IMG/VR virus record: IMGVR_UViG_2802429351_000001
Span: 14,591-78,590 of that record
Strand: one strand, 5' to 3'
Origin: a virus
Taxonomy: Duplodnaviria; Caudoviricetes
DNA length: 64,000 nucleotides
Shown here: positions 40,306 through 50,174 of the stretch, piece after piece
Layout of the letters: each line of letters starts with the position of its first letter
Numbering within the stretch: position 1 is the stretch's first letter
Translations under genes and position numbers: made by a program
Notes under the pieces: model-generated
What the model was told of the DNA's origin: nothing
The model's database searches: none
Seen by the model: only the letters and a program-made list of their open reading frames with translations

Positions 40306-40503
40306 GGCCTTAAGTCCTTAATACATATTGAAAGTTTTGTTGGGGGTAAAGTACTCGTGGTAGGGCTCTGGGATTAATATCTTAGGGCCTTATTTATGTT
40401 GTTTTAGGGCCCCCAGCAAAGGTGCTTTACTTACGATCTTAGGGCCTTCAATGGTAGGGCCTTATTGTTGAGGTGATTTAGGGCCTTAATAGACTAGGGC
40501 CTT
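40303..40503 (+). repeat. Cluster of TAGGGCCTT direct repeats
   Basis: Exact copies at 40303, 40383, 40440, 40455, 40479, 40495; variants at 40361 and 40405. Confidence 0.85.
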
Positions 40504-40513
40504 TAAGCAGTCT

Positions 40514-40558
40514 ACGGCCGTAAAGGATAATCTGGTGTTTTATTAATTATTATATTTG
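40514..40558 (+). promoter_or_regulatory. ACGGCCGT-N12-GGTG-N13-TATATTTG promoter (copy 11)
   Basis: Palindrome 40514..40521, GGTG 40534, TATATTTG 40551. Confidence 0.8.
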
Positions 40559-40591
40559 TATTATAAATAAATAATTAAATAAATAGAAATT

Positions 40592-40996
40592 ATGAAATCA
40601 ATTACAGCAGATCAAATCCTTAAAAACACCTACACATTAGGCAAAGCATTTAGGGAATTACCAACTAACCTTATAAGTAAACTTTTATCAGATGACCTTA
40701 AAACACCTAGGGATTTAAATTCATTTAACCCCTGGAAAAACTATTTACCAAAAAGGACCTTTTTTCAAACAGAGGGTGATTTAAATGAGCTCTACCTTAT
40801 GGCCATAAGGGATATGTTATCACCTTATGATTTGATTAATCCCAGGGTACCAGGTTTTATTAATCTGGTGGATTTTGCAATGGCATCCAGTGATATTATG
40901 GGTTATGAGGAATTTGAGAAACTAGAGGTAGTTCAGGATTGGAAACATGAATACCCTAATATGTTCAAGACACTATTGGTATGGGCTTGGGGTTAA
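40592..40996 (+). CDS. Hypothetical protein
   Basis: Monocistronic unit between a promoter and a terminator. Confidence 0.7.
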   Translation: MKSITADQILKNTYTLGKAFRELPTNLISKLLSDDLKTPRDLNSFNPWKNYLPKRTFFQTEGDLNELYLMAIRDMLSPYDLINPRVPGFINLVDFAMASSDIMGYEEFEKLEVVQDWKHEYPNMFKTLLVWAWG

Positions 40997-41003
40997 TTTA
41001 TAT

Positions 41004-41035
41004 AAGGCCTAGGATTATATCCTGGGCTTTGTTGT
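41004..41035 (+). terminator. Intrinsic terminator
   Basis: AAGGCCTAGGA-N5-TCCTGGGCTTT-GTTG. Confidence 0.65.
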
Positions 41036-41131
41036 GTAAGGATACTGTGTTAGGGCCCAGGAGCAATGGGTGTATGTATATGGCTTGAGGGCCTTATAGA
41101 GGATTAACCTAAAGGCCTTAATACTCCTTCG

Positions 41132-41176
41132 ACGGCCGTGGTAGTATTACTGGTGAACTTTAATAAATTATATTTG
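41132..41176 (+). promoter_or_regulatory. ACGGCCGT-N12-GGTG-N13-TATATTTG promoter (copy 12)
   Basis: Palindrome 41132..41139, GGTG 41152, TATATTTG 41169. Confidence 0.8.
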
Positions 41177-41200
41177 TATAAATAAATAAATAATTATATT

Positions 41201-42015
41201 ATGGAAAATAAAAAAACACCTTATCATTATGCTTCAACCAAAACATATCCAAATGCCAAAGTGGGGGATATATTACATGCATCCTCTGGAGCACCAGGTT
41301 TTGGTAGAACAGAAAATAAAGTTACTGAAATAAAAGGTAATGAGATTTGGGCTATAGAGATATTTAATAATATCCAAATAATGGATCCAGATGACTGTTA
41401 TTAACCAACACAATTAAATAAATAAATTATGTTAAGATTAAATAAGATACCAACTAACGTTATTATCATAGCCCTAGTCCTAATCGATTTATTAATCACA
41501 TACATAATCATATTTGGAATCCCTACATTCTAAATATAACCTGGGCCCTTATCCCTACATAGGGCCCTCTTATAAAACATTACTATGGAAACATTATATA
41601 AGGTTACACTAATACTAAGACAATTACAATTCCGATCAATATTCCTAAAGGATTTAGATGATGAATTTGAGGATTTAAATGAAAACCTTTTAGATTTCGA
41701 CATGAGTGTGTCAGATAGGGTAAAACATTTAGATAATTTCCATGATAAGTATTACAGGGATTACCTTGTATACCTACACAGTATGGACTTTAATGAGCAG
41801 GATATAGAAAATCTTAGATCATGAGAAAGGTATTTTACACGGAATCCGGCATAGGGCTAACATTGCTTAATATAGATTCCATTATCAGGCAAAGGATTAT
41901 AAATAGGGACTACTACCCAAGATGTTTTTCAGAGATGGACAAAGAAGTCTTTAATAAGAAATATGTAGTTCCATATAAGACTACACTAGATAAATTAAAA
42001 GGTACACAAGGTTAG
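41201..42015 (+). other. Small hypothetical CDSs (41201..41404, short TM peptide at about 41429, 41585..41824, 41821..42015)
   Basis: Tiled ORFs. Confidence 0.55.
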
Positions 42016-42301
42016 ATTTCTATTGTTTATTTATTTGTTAGAGAAGGGGACCTTTTTGCTGGGGGCCCTTTTTTTGTGTTTTCCCACGAGCTAAGGCATT
42101 ATTGAAAAGTTACCTAGAAGGCCCTATTACACAATAACCATAAAGCCTTTGAAGGCCTTCTGGCGCTTATAGCGAATCCCACCAGCTAAGGCGCTTTTAG
42201 CAAGTTCCTGACGGCACCCTAAAGGAGAAAAAGGGATAAATTTCTTAATAAATTTTATCTATGAAAATATTTTTTTCTATAAGAAAATGAAATAAAAAAT
42301 A

Positions 42302-42333
42302 TTTGTATGTAATACTAAAAGGACATATATTTG
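42302..42333 (+). promoter_or_regulatory. Canonical Bacteroidota housekeeping-sigma promoter (-33/-7)
   Basis: TTTG (42302) - 20 nt - TATATTTG (42326), matching TTTG-N19-21-TAnnTTTG. Confidence 0.75.
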
Positions 42334-42373
42334 TAATGTAATTAATTAATAAACAAATAAATATTTTAACATT

Positions 42374-42853
42374 ATGAAAAATTCAGTAAAAAATTCAGCA
42401 AAAAAAGTTTCTAATAAAAAAGAAACTGTAAAAGAAATTGACGTTACAAAATTAAGTAATGAACAATTATTAAATATAGATTTAGATAAAGTAAATCTAT
42501 ACGACTTATTAGAAAATAATCCCGATCTAAAACCAAAATTAAAAGGGAATAAAGGCAGTAAAGAAAAAATGTATAAAGATACTGCTAAAAAAGAAAATGA
42601 AAGCGACAAAAATTTTCGCAGACGTATAAGAAATACAAGAAATACTTTTGTAGAAAATATTCTTTTATTGTTTCAAAATAAAAATGATAAAGAATTAAAA
42701 GAACAAATAAATTCTTTTGAAGATTTTTATTTTGAAACATATACAAAGAACGATTTTAGTTTAGAATCAATTTGTAGATTAAATTCTGATGAAGCAACCA
42801 AAGCAAAAATAAAATTATTCTTTCATATATTAAAAATGAATAAGACTAAATAA
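42374..42853 (+). CDS. Basic hypothetical protein, candidate immediate-early gene
   Basis: Own canonical promoter and terminator; largely lacks the GG/CC runs seen elsewhere. Confidence 0.7.
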   Translation: MKNSVKNSAKKVSNKKETVKEIDVTKLSNEQLLNIDLDKVNLYDLLENNPDLKPKLKGNKGSKEKMYKDTAKKENESDKNFRRRIRNTRNTFVENILLLFQNKNDKELKEQINSFEDFYFETYTKNDFSLESICRLNSDEATKAKIKLFFHILKMNKTK

Positions 42854-42860
42854 TTTTAGA

Positions 42861-42900
42861 GGGGGGCAATTAATTTTGTCCCCCATCTTTTTTTATCTTT
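42861..42900 (+). terminator. Intrinsic terminator
   Basis: GGGGGGCAA-N6-TTGTCCCCC followed by a long T tract. Confidence 0.75.
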
Positions 42901-42993
42901 TTTTTATATTATTACATACCGAGTGCCCGTTTTACTACCACAACTTTTTACGCATGAGATAAGGGGAGTTAGGGCCCTAAACACACAACAACA

Positions 42994-45727
42994 ATGACAA
43001 CACAACAAATACAACAACGTATATATAGACTACATGATAAAGCTTGGGACTTATATGATAAAAGGCACCAAGACCTTTTTTGGTCTATACCCTGGAGAAG
43101 ATATTGGGTAGTAATTGAATACTATCAAGGAAAAATAAGAGAGCGATATAAACACTTAAGATAACACATCATGAAAAAAGAACAAATTGAAAGTTTAGCC
43201 ATCGAAGAATTAGAAGATGATGGAAATGTATCCGGACTAGATATAGATATATGGGTAAAAGGATTCGAAAAAGCCCAGGGGATATATAATGTAGAGTGGG
43301 CTAAAAGAATAACAAGGCAAAGAGTTTTAGTATCTACTTTATCACAACTTTGTACTAAGGCCCCAGACTTACCTACTTTTGCTTCCCATAATAAGGTTAT
43401 AAAACAAACACTTAAAAAGGCAGCCAGAACTTATGAGAAAATCAAAGCTGACCCCCTTTATATACCTAGGCAGGGTGATACAGTGCCTAATAAAGGGTTA
43501 TATGAATTTATAAATAAGTATTCATTCTGGGTTTACAGAGAAGAAAAAAGAAAATAAGTATGGGAAAGAAACCAACTAAATTTAGTTTTAAGAAACATGC
43601 CCCAACTGGTAGGTACCGAAGTTTTGAAAACAGCTACTGGGATATAAAGATAAAAGGTAGACAAGTAGGAAATATATGGGAAAAGGATTATGGGACTTAT
43701 TTTAGGATAGGACTAATGGTTAAGAAAGGTGATGGTTTTAAATTTATCTATCTTAAAGCCAAACCTAAAACCATAGAAAAGGCTAAGGATTTCCTTAATA
43801 GAAATTTCGATAGGATATTAGAAAGATACGACTTACATTACCAACCTAAAGAATAAAAAAATAACATTATGATAACATTTTCAACAGACCTAATATGGTC
43901 ACAACCAAATCCCTACCCGGGTAAGAATATAGATAAGACTCCACCAATGCCTAAACAAAGTAAAAAGGAATCTAAAGAGGAACTTGAGAAAAAATTATTT
44001 ATTACCTGTAAGTATGCGGTGGATATTTCTAAGAAAGTATCTGAGCCTATAACTATGGAAGTTTCCCATAGATATATTGATTATATTACTATCATTGTAT
44101 ACCCTAATCAAAGGCCAGAGGATTTACATAAGATAATATTACTAACCAGGGAAATAAAAGAACTTAAAAATGAAAAATTATGAAAATTAAAACTATTACA
44201 TCACTACTTTGGGCTAATGATGGTAGTGAAGATTATCACGATAAAAAGGTTAATCGGTTCATAGGTTCACTTAACCCCCATGCTATAGAGAATATAAATA
44301 CAACCACAACTGGGGCCGGAACTTCCCACAATATTAGATTTTTAATCACAACAACAATAACTTACAGATAACCATGGAAGAAGGAGTAAATTACCTAATC
44401 ACAACAGATGATTGGTTTATGGGCCCAAATGGGAAACAATACAAAGCAGTATGGGGCCCAGTAGAAATATTACAGGATAATGAAATTCTGGGTATTAAAA
44501 CCAATGCTCGTAGTAGTAATTGGTATGCAAAAGTGGGTTACTTTAATGACCATATTATAGTAGCTGGTTGTCAGATACACTATGCTGCTAGATGTAACCA
44601 AGAACCTAAATTGGAAAACGATAATAATTGGGAATTTCACCAAGGGCAGAAAATAGATTTTGAAATCAAGAATAAGGTATATATTACCCAAAATAAAAAC
44701 TTTTAATTATGGACTTATTAAAAAAAGGGGAAAACCCAAAAGATATAACATTTATTACCACCTGTGGTTGTGGTACTAAGTTTAAATATAATAACAAAGA
44801 GATAATCTCTGACCAAAGGGATGGGGATTATATTATATGCCCCTTATGTAAATCTGGTATAATACATAAGGAAGAAAACAAGGTAATCAAAAAACCCATT
44901 TGGTCGCCAGCATTGAGCACATTACCACCCAAGCTTTTTATAGATGGTATTAGTGAAAATGATAAAGAACATTTTAGGGAGATGTACTTTGGGAATTTTA
45001 AACCCATTAAAGATGTTCCCTTTATTGTAAGTTGTTACGATCCTACTAGCCCTAATGAAAAAGATTATAGTGTTATGCAAATAACCCATAGAGGTGAAAA
45101 TGGTAAAGTATTCCATTTAGGCGAGTACCGAACCCAAGATAGAAAAGATTTTAAGGAGGTGGTGGATAACTTAAAAAAATTCTTTACACCACTTAATTCA
45201 AAATGGTTAACCGAAAAATAATATATTATGAAAATAGTAATTAGGGTTTTATTAACTTTAATAGGCATGGCCTTAATAGGGTTAATTATAGCCTTTATGG
45301 GTTGGCTTACAAATAATCATGGAGAACTAGTTGGACAAATAATGATTACTATCGTAGTGCTTATAGTGTTCAGTGTATTCTTTTATTTAATATATAGTTT
45401 AATAAAAAAAATATTTTAATTATGAAAACAAGTTTAGGAATTATCGAGATTTTAGGGATTGCATTTGTTATACTAAAACTAATGGGTTATATAGATTGGT
45501 CCTGGTGGTTAGTAACCCTTCCCTTATATGGGCCCTTAGCCTTATTATTTATTGTAACCATACTGGTACCTTTAATAGCTTATCCTTTTAGGCGTAAGAA
45601 GATAAAGGAATTAGAGAAAAGGATGGCTGAGTATAATGAAAGAAGGTCCCAATCTCCAAGGTTTAAATCCAGGTTTCAGAAGAGATTGGAGGAATTAGAA
45701 AGAGAAAGAAACCTTAAAAATAAATAA
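42994..45727 (+). other. Run of small hypothetical CDSs (42994..43164, 43171, 43560, 43869, 44180, 44374, 44709 Zn-finger, 45228 TM, 45422 TM)
   Basis: Tightly tiled + strand ORFs; 44709 has CGCG...CPLC. Confidence 0.6.
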
Positions 45728-45814
45728 CCATGCATACCATACAAATAGTAATCATATGTTTATTTGGTATGCTTATATTGTGGAAAATATTTGAACCACC
45801 AACACATTAATATT

Positions 45815-46333
45815 ATGAAAATAGAAGATTTAGAACCAGAGGTATTAAATTTTGCATTAGCCATGCAAAATGAATTAAATAATAATAAACAAAATAAAGG
45901 AGAAGGCTGGCGAGAGTGGAAAGATATAAACGCTATGTGGGCAGAAATAATATACCATCAAGGTAAATTAATTAAGGCCATGATAGATGGGGATAAGAAA
46001 TTAATAATAGAGCACATAGCCGACTGTGCTAATTTCTATATGTTCATAGGGAATGCTTTAGAGGTATATACTCGTAAAATTTATATTGAGGGAGTATTGG
46101 ATTTAAAATCTATATTAAGGGATAATCCTAATAAAGGTATCAGATTTAGTAAAAAGGGGGTTAATTATGATAATTATATTACTTTTTTACTTACAGAAAA
46201 AGATGGAAAAATATATTTACATTATGAAGGTACTCCCTACTTTATTCATAAAACCAGGGGTTTTAGTAATACTGATGTAGATGGTATTTGTAGGGCTATA
46301 TATGAACCCGGTTTATATTATTTAAAAACCTAA
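45815..46333 (+). CDS. Protein with MazG-like helical N-terminal domain (probable start 45815)
   Basis: FALAMQNELNNN...W...IIEHIADCANFYMFI resembles the ExADVANF family; weak. Confidence 0.35.
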   Translation: MKIEDLEPEVLNFALAMQNELNNNKQNKGEGWREWKDINAMWAEIIYHQGKLIKAMIDGDKKLIIEHIADCANFYMFIGNALEVYTRKIYIEGVLDLKSILRDNPNKGIRFSKKGVNYDNYITFLLTEKDGKIYLHYEGTPYFIHKTRGFSNTDVDGICRAIYEPGLYYLKT

Positions 46334-46337
46334 TAAA

Positions 46338-47516
46338 TTGAGAAAGTATAAAATCACATTGGACTCAGGGTCTATTTTTATAAAGTACAAAGAGTATAAA
46401 AATAATAAACGGGTGGTATATTATATACCCGAGTTAATTAAAGCTAGAGATTTATATAAACTTACCCCACGTTTAAATAATATTATTCATGGTAGTAATT
46501 TTTGGCCGATGACCCGTAAAGAGTTTGGTGATTTTAGGAAACATGTAAAAGCTAAAACCCTATATATAACACAGGTATGAAACATAAGATAGTAAAACTT
46601 AATACTGGTACCAGATTCCTTAAAATAAAAAGGATTCATAATCCTAAAAAAAGCCCGCCTAAGTATTTCTACCAATTAATTACTATAACCCCAAAAGACA
46701 GGAGTAAACTAAATATTGGTGAATTAAGGGAAATTACAGATATTGATGATCCTATAAGCGAGAAAAGATTTAATCATATAGTTGAAAGACTTAAAGCAAA
46801 TATAAAAGATGTTGAGTAATAAGGAATTTATTATAGAACTTGAGAGTGGTTCTATATTTACAAGGAAAAATGTAAATGGCGAAAATATTTACCGTATGAT
46901 AAGTATTACCGCTAATGATTTAGCTAAGTTAAACCAGTATAATAAAGAGGTTATTATGCGGGACAGTATAAGCTATAATCAATTTGATAACCTTAAGAAA
47001 AGATTAGGTACAAAAAATAAGAAAATAGAAACCTTTAGGTCAGAACTTGAATTTGGTAATTATAAACCCTGGTCTATAGCCGAGGTATTCTTACTTGGTA
47101 ATGTATTTAATGATAGCGTATATGCTAAAGGTTTTAATGAGAAATATCGAGCATTTGAACATTTGCATAGAAAATATTTCCCAAATATAGCTAGGACAAA
47201 TGAACAAGTTAGAGAAAAAATTAAACTAATAAATAAAAATATAGGTAAACCAAGTGATAATAGTAAATCTGGTTATAACCTACCTTTAATGGATATTATA
47301 GAAACGCTTAGAGAAAATAATTTAATCGGTTTTCATATAACCCGGGATAGATATGAAAAGGGTGTTTTACATATAGAAGTAGAAGGGGTTATTAAAAAAT
47401 GTAGAATAAGGGTTACCGATATTATTTTAGAAATAAATAATAAAATAATAACGAATATTGCTATTAATAATAATATTAGGGAAATAATCGAAGAAATTAA
47501 AGACTATGAAAAATAA
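46338..47516 (+). other. Three tandem CDSs sharing an N-terminal domain (46338..46580, 46577..46819, 46809..47516)
   Basis: L(D/N/E)(S/T)G(S/T)xF...Y..I.I.A/P.DL.KL...I/M(S/T)..F......(L/V)K pattern in all three. Confidence 0.6.
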
Positions 47517-47966
47517 TATTGTAAATCAGTTGCATCCAATAGATGCCGAGCCAGTAGAATTAAAAGATATAGATATATCATACCCAATATTAAGTAGGTA
47601 TAAACTTAAAGAAGCTATTGCTGAGATTAATAGGAAGGATTGGGATATTAATTCAGAAAATCAGGCTATAAAATATAGAAAAATGATGGGGGCTATATTT
47701 AACACTTTTAAAAGAAAACCACGGGTTTTTGATAATAGGGATTTTTATTTACCAGAAATTAAATTCAAACACAAGGTAAAATGGTAAAGAAGGAAAATAT
47801 CATGACATTAACTTTTAAAGGGTCACAAATAAAAACCTTTAATAGCTTAATTAATAAACTATCTAATAAAACAGTTGGCTTTAATAAAATAACAACACTA
47901 ACTGATACTGAAGAATCATTATTAGATAAAATTAATAAAGAACTTAATAAAAAGAAAGATGACTAA
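47506..47966 (+). other. Two small hypothetical CDSs (47506..47787, 47781..47966)
   Basis: Tiled ORFs. Confidence 0.55.
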
Positions 47967-48999
47967 AACTAGAAGGCGTAAATTAAAAATATTAGGCGTA
48001 TGTGGGGGTAATGGGGTAATTCTCCACCCCCTACGTAGGTACGTCATAGGAAATATAGAAGATAGGGGGGTATTTAAAACCCCCAAGAATTTACAATGGT
48101 ACACTAATTTCAAGGTACCATTTGTTGATGATGTAATGGTTGCTGGTTTTTTATTTAAAAAGGTAGACATAGTAATAGGGGCACCCAATTGTGGTAGTTC
48201 TTCTATACTGGGTTTTACTGGTAATAAGAAAAGAAAAAACCCTACTGATGATCCATCCATGAAGATGTATTTTGAAACAGTTTTGAAATATAATCCTAAG
48301 ATATGGATAATGGAAAACCTACCAGCTTTGTTAAACCATATAACCATGCAGGACTTTAAGGAAAAATTTCCAGATTATCTTTTCGTTTTTCATACAATGA
48401 GTATGGCTGAATTAGGTAATTCCCAGAAAACCCGTAAAAGGTTAGTGATTGTAGCTTTACATAAATCACTACCAGCAGAAGTATATATGGCCTTTTCACA
48501 GGTAGAACCCCAGGCTGAGCCTAAAAGGATTAAGGATTTAATTGGCGATTTGGAAAAGGATAATCCTAAGTTAGCAAATGTAAGAGAACCTGGTAAGTAT
48601 AAAATTAAAATGGGTAAGAAAGCTTATTCTATGAACGATATAAAGGTTACATGGGATGAAAATCTTAAAGGTAAGAAATATTGGCCCATGGATTTTGAAA
48701 AGAAGGATTCACCTTATATACCAGGAGTTTATAGGTTGTTACCGGAAAATTTCCCACAAACAGTTAGGCAAGATGCTAGGCAATTTAGACCAGATGGAAA
48801 ACCTATGTCCCCAAGGGAATTAGCCAGGATTCAAGGTATACCAGATAAATTTAAATTATATGTACCAGAAGAAGTTACCCATGGTAAAAAACCTAGTTAT
48901 TATATAAATAGAGCTAGGATAACAGTAGCTAAGGGAGCTCCGTATGAATTAGGTTTATGGGTTAAAGAAAAGATAAAGGTTGCTAGAAAATTTCTTTAA
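47959..48999 (+). CDS. Divergent DNA (cytosine-5) methyltransferase
   Basis: Motif I-like VCGGNG, IV-like GAPNC, VI MENL, VIII SQKTRKRLVIV, IX/X MSPRELARIQGIPDKF...KGAP. Confidence 0.75.
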   Translation: MTKTRRRKLKILGVCGGNGVILHPLRRYVIGNIEDRGVFKTPKNLQWYTNFKVPFVDDVMVAGFLFKKVDIVIGAPNCGSSSILGFTGNKKRKNPTDDPSMKMYFETVLKYNPKIWIMENLPALLNHITMQDFKEKFPDYLFVFHTMSMAELGNSQKTRKRLVIVALHKSLPAEVYMAFSQVEPQAEPKRIKDLIGDLEKDNPKLANVREPGKYKIKMGKKAYSMNDIKVTWDENLKGKKYWPMDFEKKDSPYIPGVYRLLPENFPQTVRQDARQFRPDGKPMSPRELARIQGIPDKFKLYVPEEVTHGKKPSYYINRARITVAKGAPYELGLWVKEKIKVARKFL

Positions 49000-49006
49000 T
49001 GACCAT

Positions 49007-49040
49007 AAAAAAGCCCGGTAGTCCCGGGCTTAATTGTGTT
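49007..49040. terminator. Bidirectional intrinsic terminator
   Basis: A6-GCCCGG-TAGTC-CCGGGCTT between convergent units; near copy of the 1771 terminator. Confidence 0.8.
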
Positions 49041-49399
49041 TATACCCTATGAAAGGATATTTTGTAATTATCTATAATATTAATATTAACGGGTGTTGGC
49101 CCATTTTTCCGAGGATTAATTATGGGTTCTATAATTAATAAATACTCAGGTATAACTTCACCCTCTTTTACTTTATCAAATTCCATTGATAAACAGTGGT
49201 ACTCTCTATTATCAAAAACATTAAAACCATATTCTGGGTTTATATCTATAGGTATTATCTTACTAAATATAATACTGAGTAATTCTGGTGGGCTAGTCTT
49301 TATAAAAGAATTTGATATAATAACTTTCCCTCTATTGAAATTAAAGAAATCTGTTTGACCTTTAATATTAAAATTTTTAATAAATTCTGATTGCTCCAT
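49040..49399 (-). CDS. Hypothetical protein
   Basis: Last gene of the three-gene minus-strand unit. Confidence 0.6.
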   Translation of the reverse strand: MEQSEFIKNFNIKGQTDFFNFNRGKVIISNSFIKTSPPELLSIIFSKIIPIDINPEYGFNVFDNREYHCLSMEFDKVKEGEVIPEYLLIIEPIINPRKNGPTPVNINIIDNYKISFHRV

Positions 49400-49411
49400 A
49401 ATAATTAATTT

Positions 49412-49645
49412 TTAATGTGTATCTTCTAAATCACCAATATCCCCACGGCTATCATTATATTCTTTTTCCCAATCCTTATAATGATAGTTAAGTAAAGCCA
49501 ACGCACCAGATTCCCAACTAGTAAGTTTCTTTTTATTGTTTAACATTAGCCTAAACCATAATAAATAATCTATAGGTATATCTTGGAATCTTTCCCCTGA
49601 ATGTTTGCCATATTTCATAAAACTTTTAAGTGTAACCTTTTCCAT
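49412..49645 (-). CDS. DUF3820 / ExoX-C-terminal-like small domain protein
   Basis: MKYGKHSGERFQDIPIDYLLW matches MPFGKYKG...DIP..YL.W. Confidence 0.65.
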   Translation of the reverse strand: MEKVTLKSFMKYGKHSGERFQDIPIDYLLWFRLMLNNKKKLTSWESGALALLNYHYKDWEKEYNDSRGDIGDLEDTH

Positions 49646-49715
49646 AATAACATAAATAAAAGGCCCCTTAATTAAAAGAGGCCTTGACTTAAAAATAAAC
49701 CTAACCTAAAGATGA

Positions 49716-50174
49716 TTAATAACCATCTTTAATCCTTCTATAATTTTCTTCGTTCTTAGCCATATAAGCATTAGCAATATCTGAACCAGTGAATCCAGCT
49801 GATACAACAAAATTCATAAAGAAATGAAAAGCATCGACCATTTCCATAAGTAATTCTTGTCTATCTCCCTTTGATAAATCTAATGGGCTCATAGTTATAG
49901 CTTCTTCATTTTTTGTTTTCCAAGGTTTCCATGCTGCATTACCTATACCATCTTTGATTCCTCCTAATGCATCAAACATTTCTGAAAATTCATCCTCAAT
50001 AGCATGTTTATTCATGAACCAGAATTTAGCTATATCCTGTATAGACATATCTTTGAATTTATAACCATAACCCGATTCTTGTAACTCTTTTTGCATTTGG
50101 AAGATCTTATCGAATTGGTCATATTTATTTTGATCAATCTTTAAGTCTTTACAACTATTATCTGTGTTTGCCAT
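49716..50174 (-). CDS. Dimeric dCTPase/dUTPase (T4 gp56-like)
   Basis: IEDEFSEMFDALG, AAWKPWK, EMVDAFHFFMN, YMAKNEENYRRIKDGY parallel gp56 as recalled (IDDEFRELL, AVWKKWK, ELVDIFHF, YYLKNKHNFERQDNGY). Confidence 0.85.
   Translation of the reverse strand: MANTDNSCKDLKIDQNKYDQFDKIFQMQKELQESGYGYKFKDMSIQDIAKFWFMNKHAIEDEFSEMFDALGGIKDGIGNAAWKPWKTKNEEAITMSPLDLSKGDRQELLMEMVDAFHFFMNFVVSAGFTGSDIANAYMAKNEENYRRIKDGY

Noticed and set aside
40303-40503. CRISPR or mini-array
   Set aside because: The 9-nt repeats are too short, spacing is irregular (15-80 nt) and no cas genes are present.
42032-42085. Hairpin at about 42043-42075 as a special element
   Set aside because: Imperfect GC stem plus T tract, most simply an ordinary terminator.
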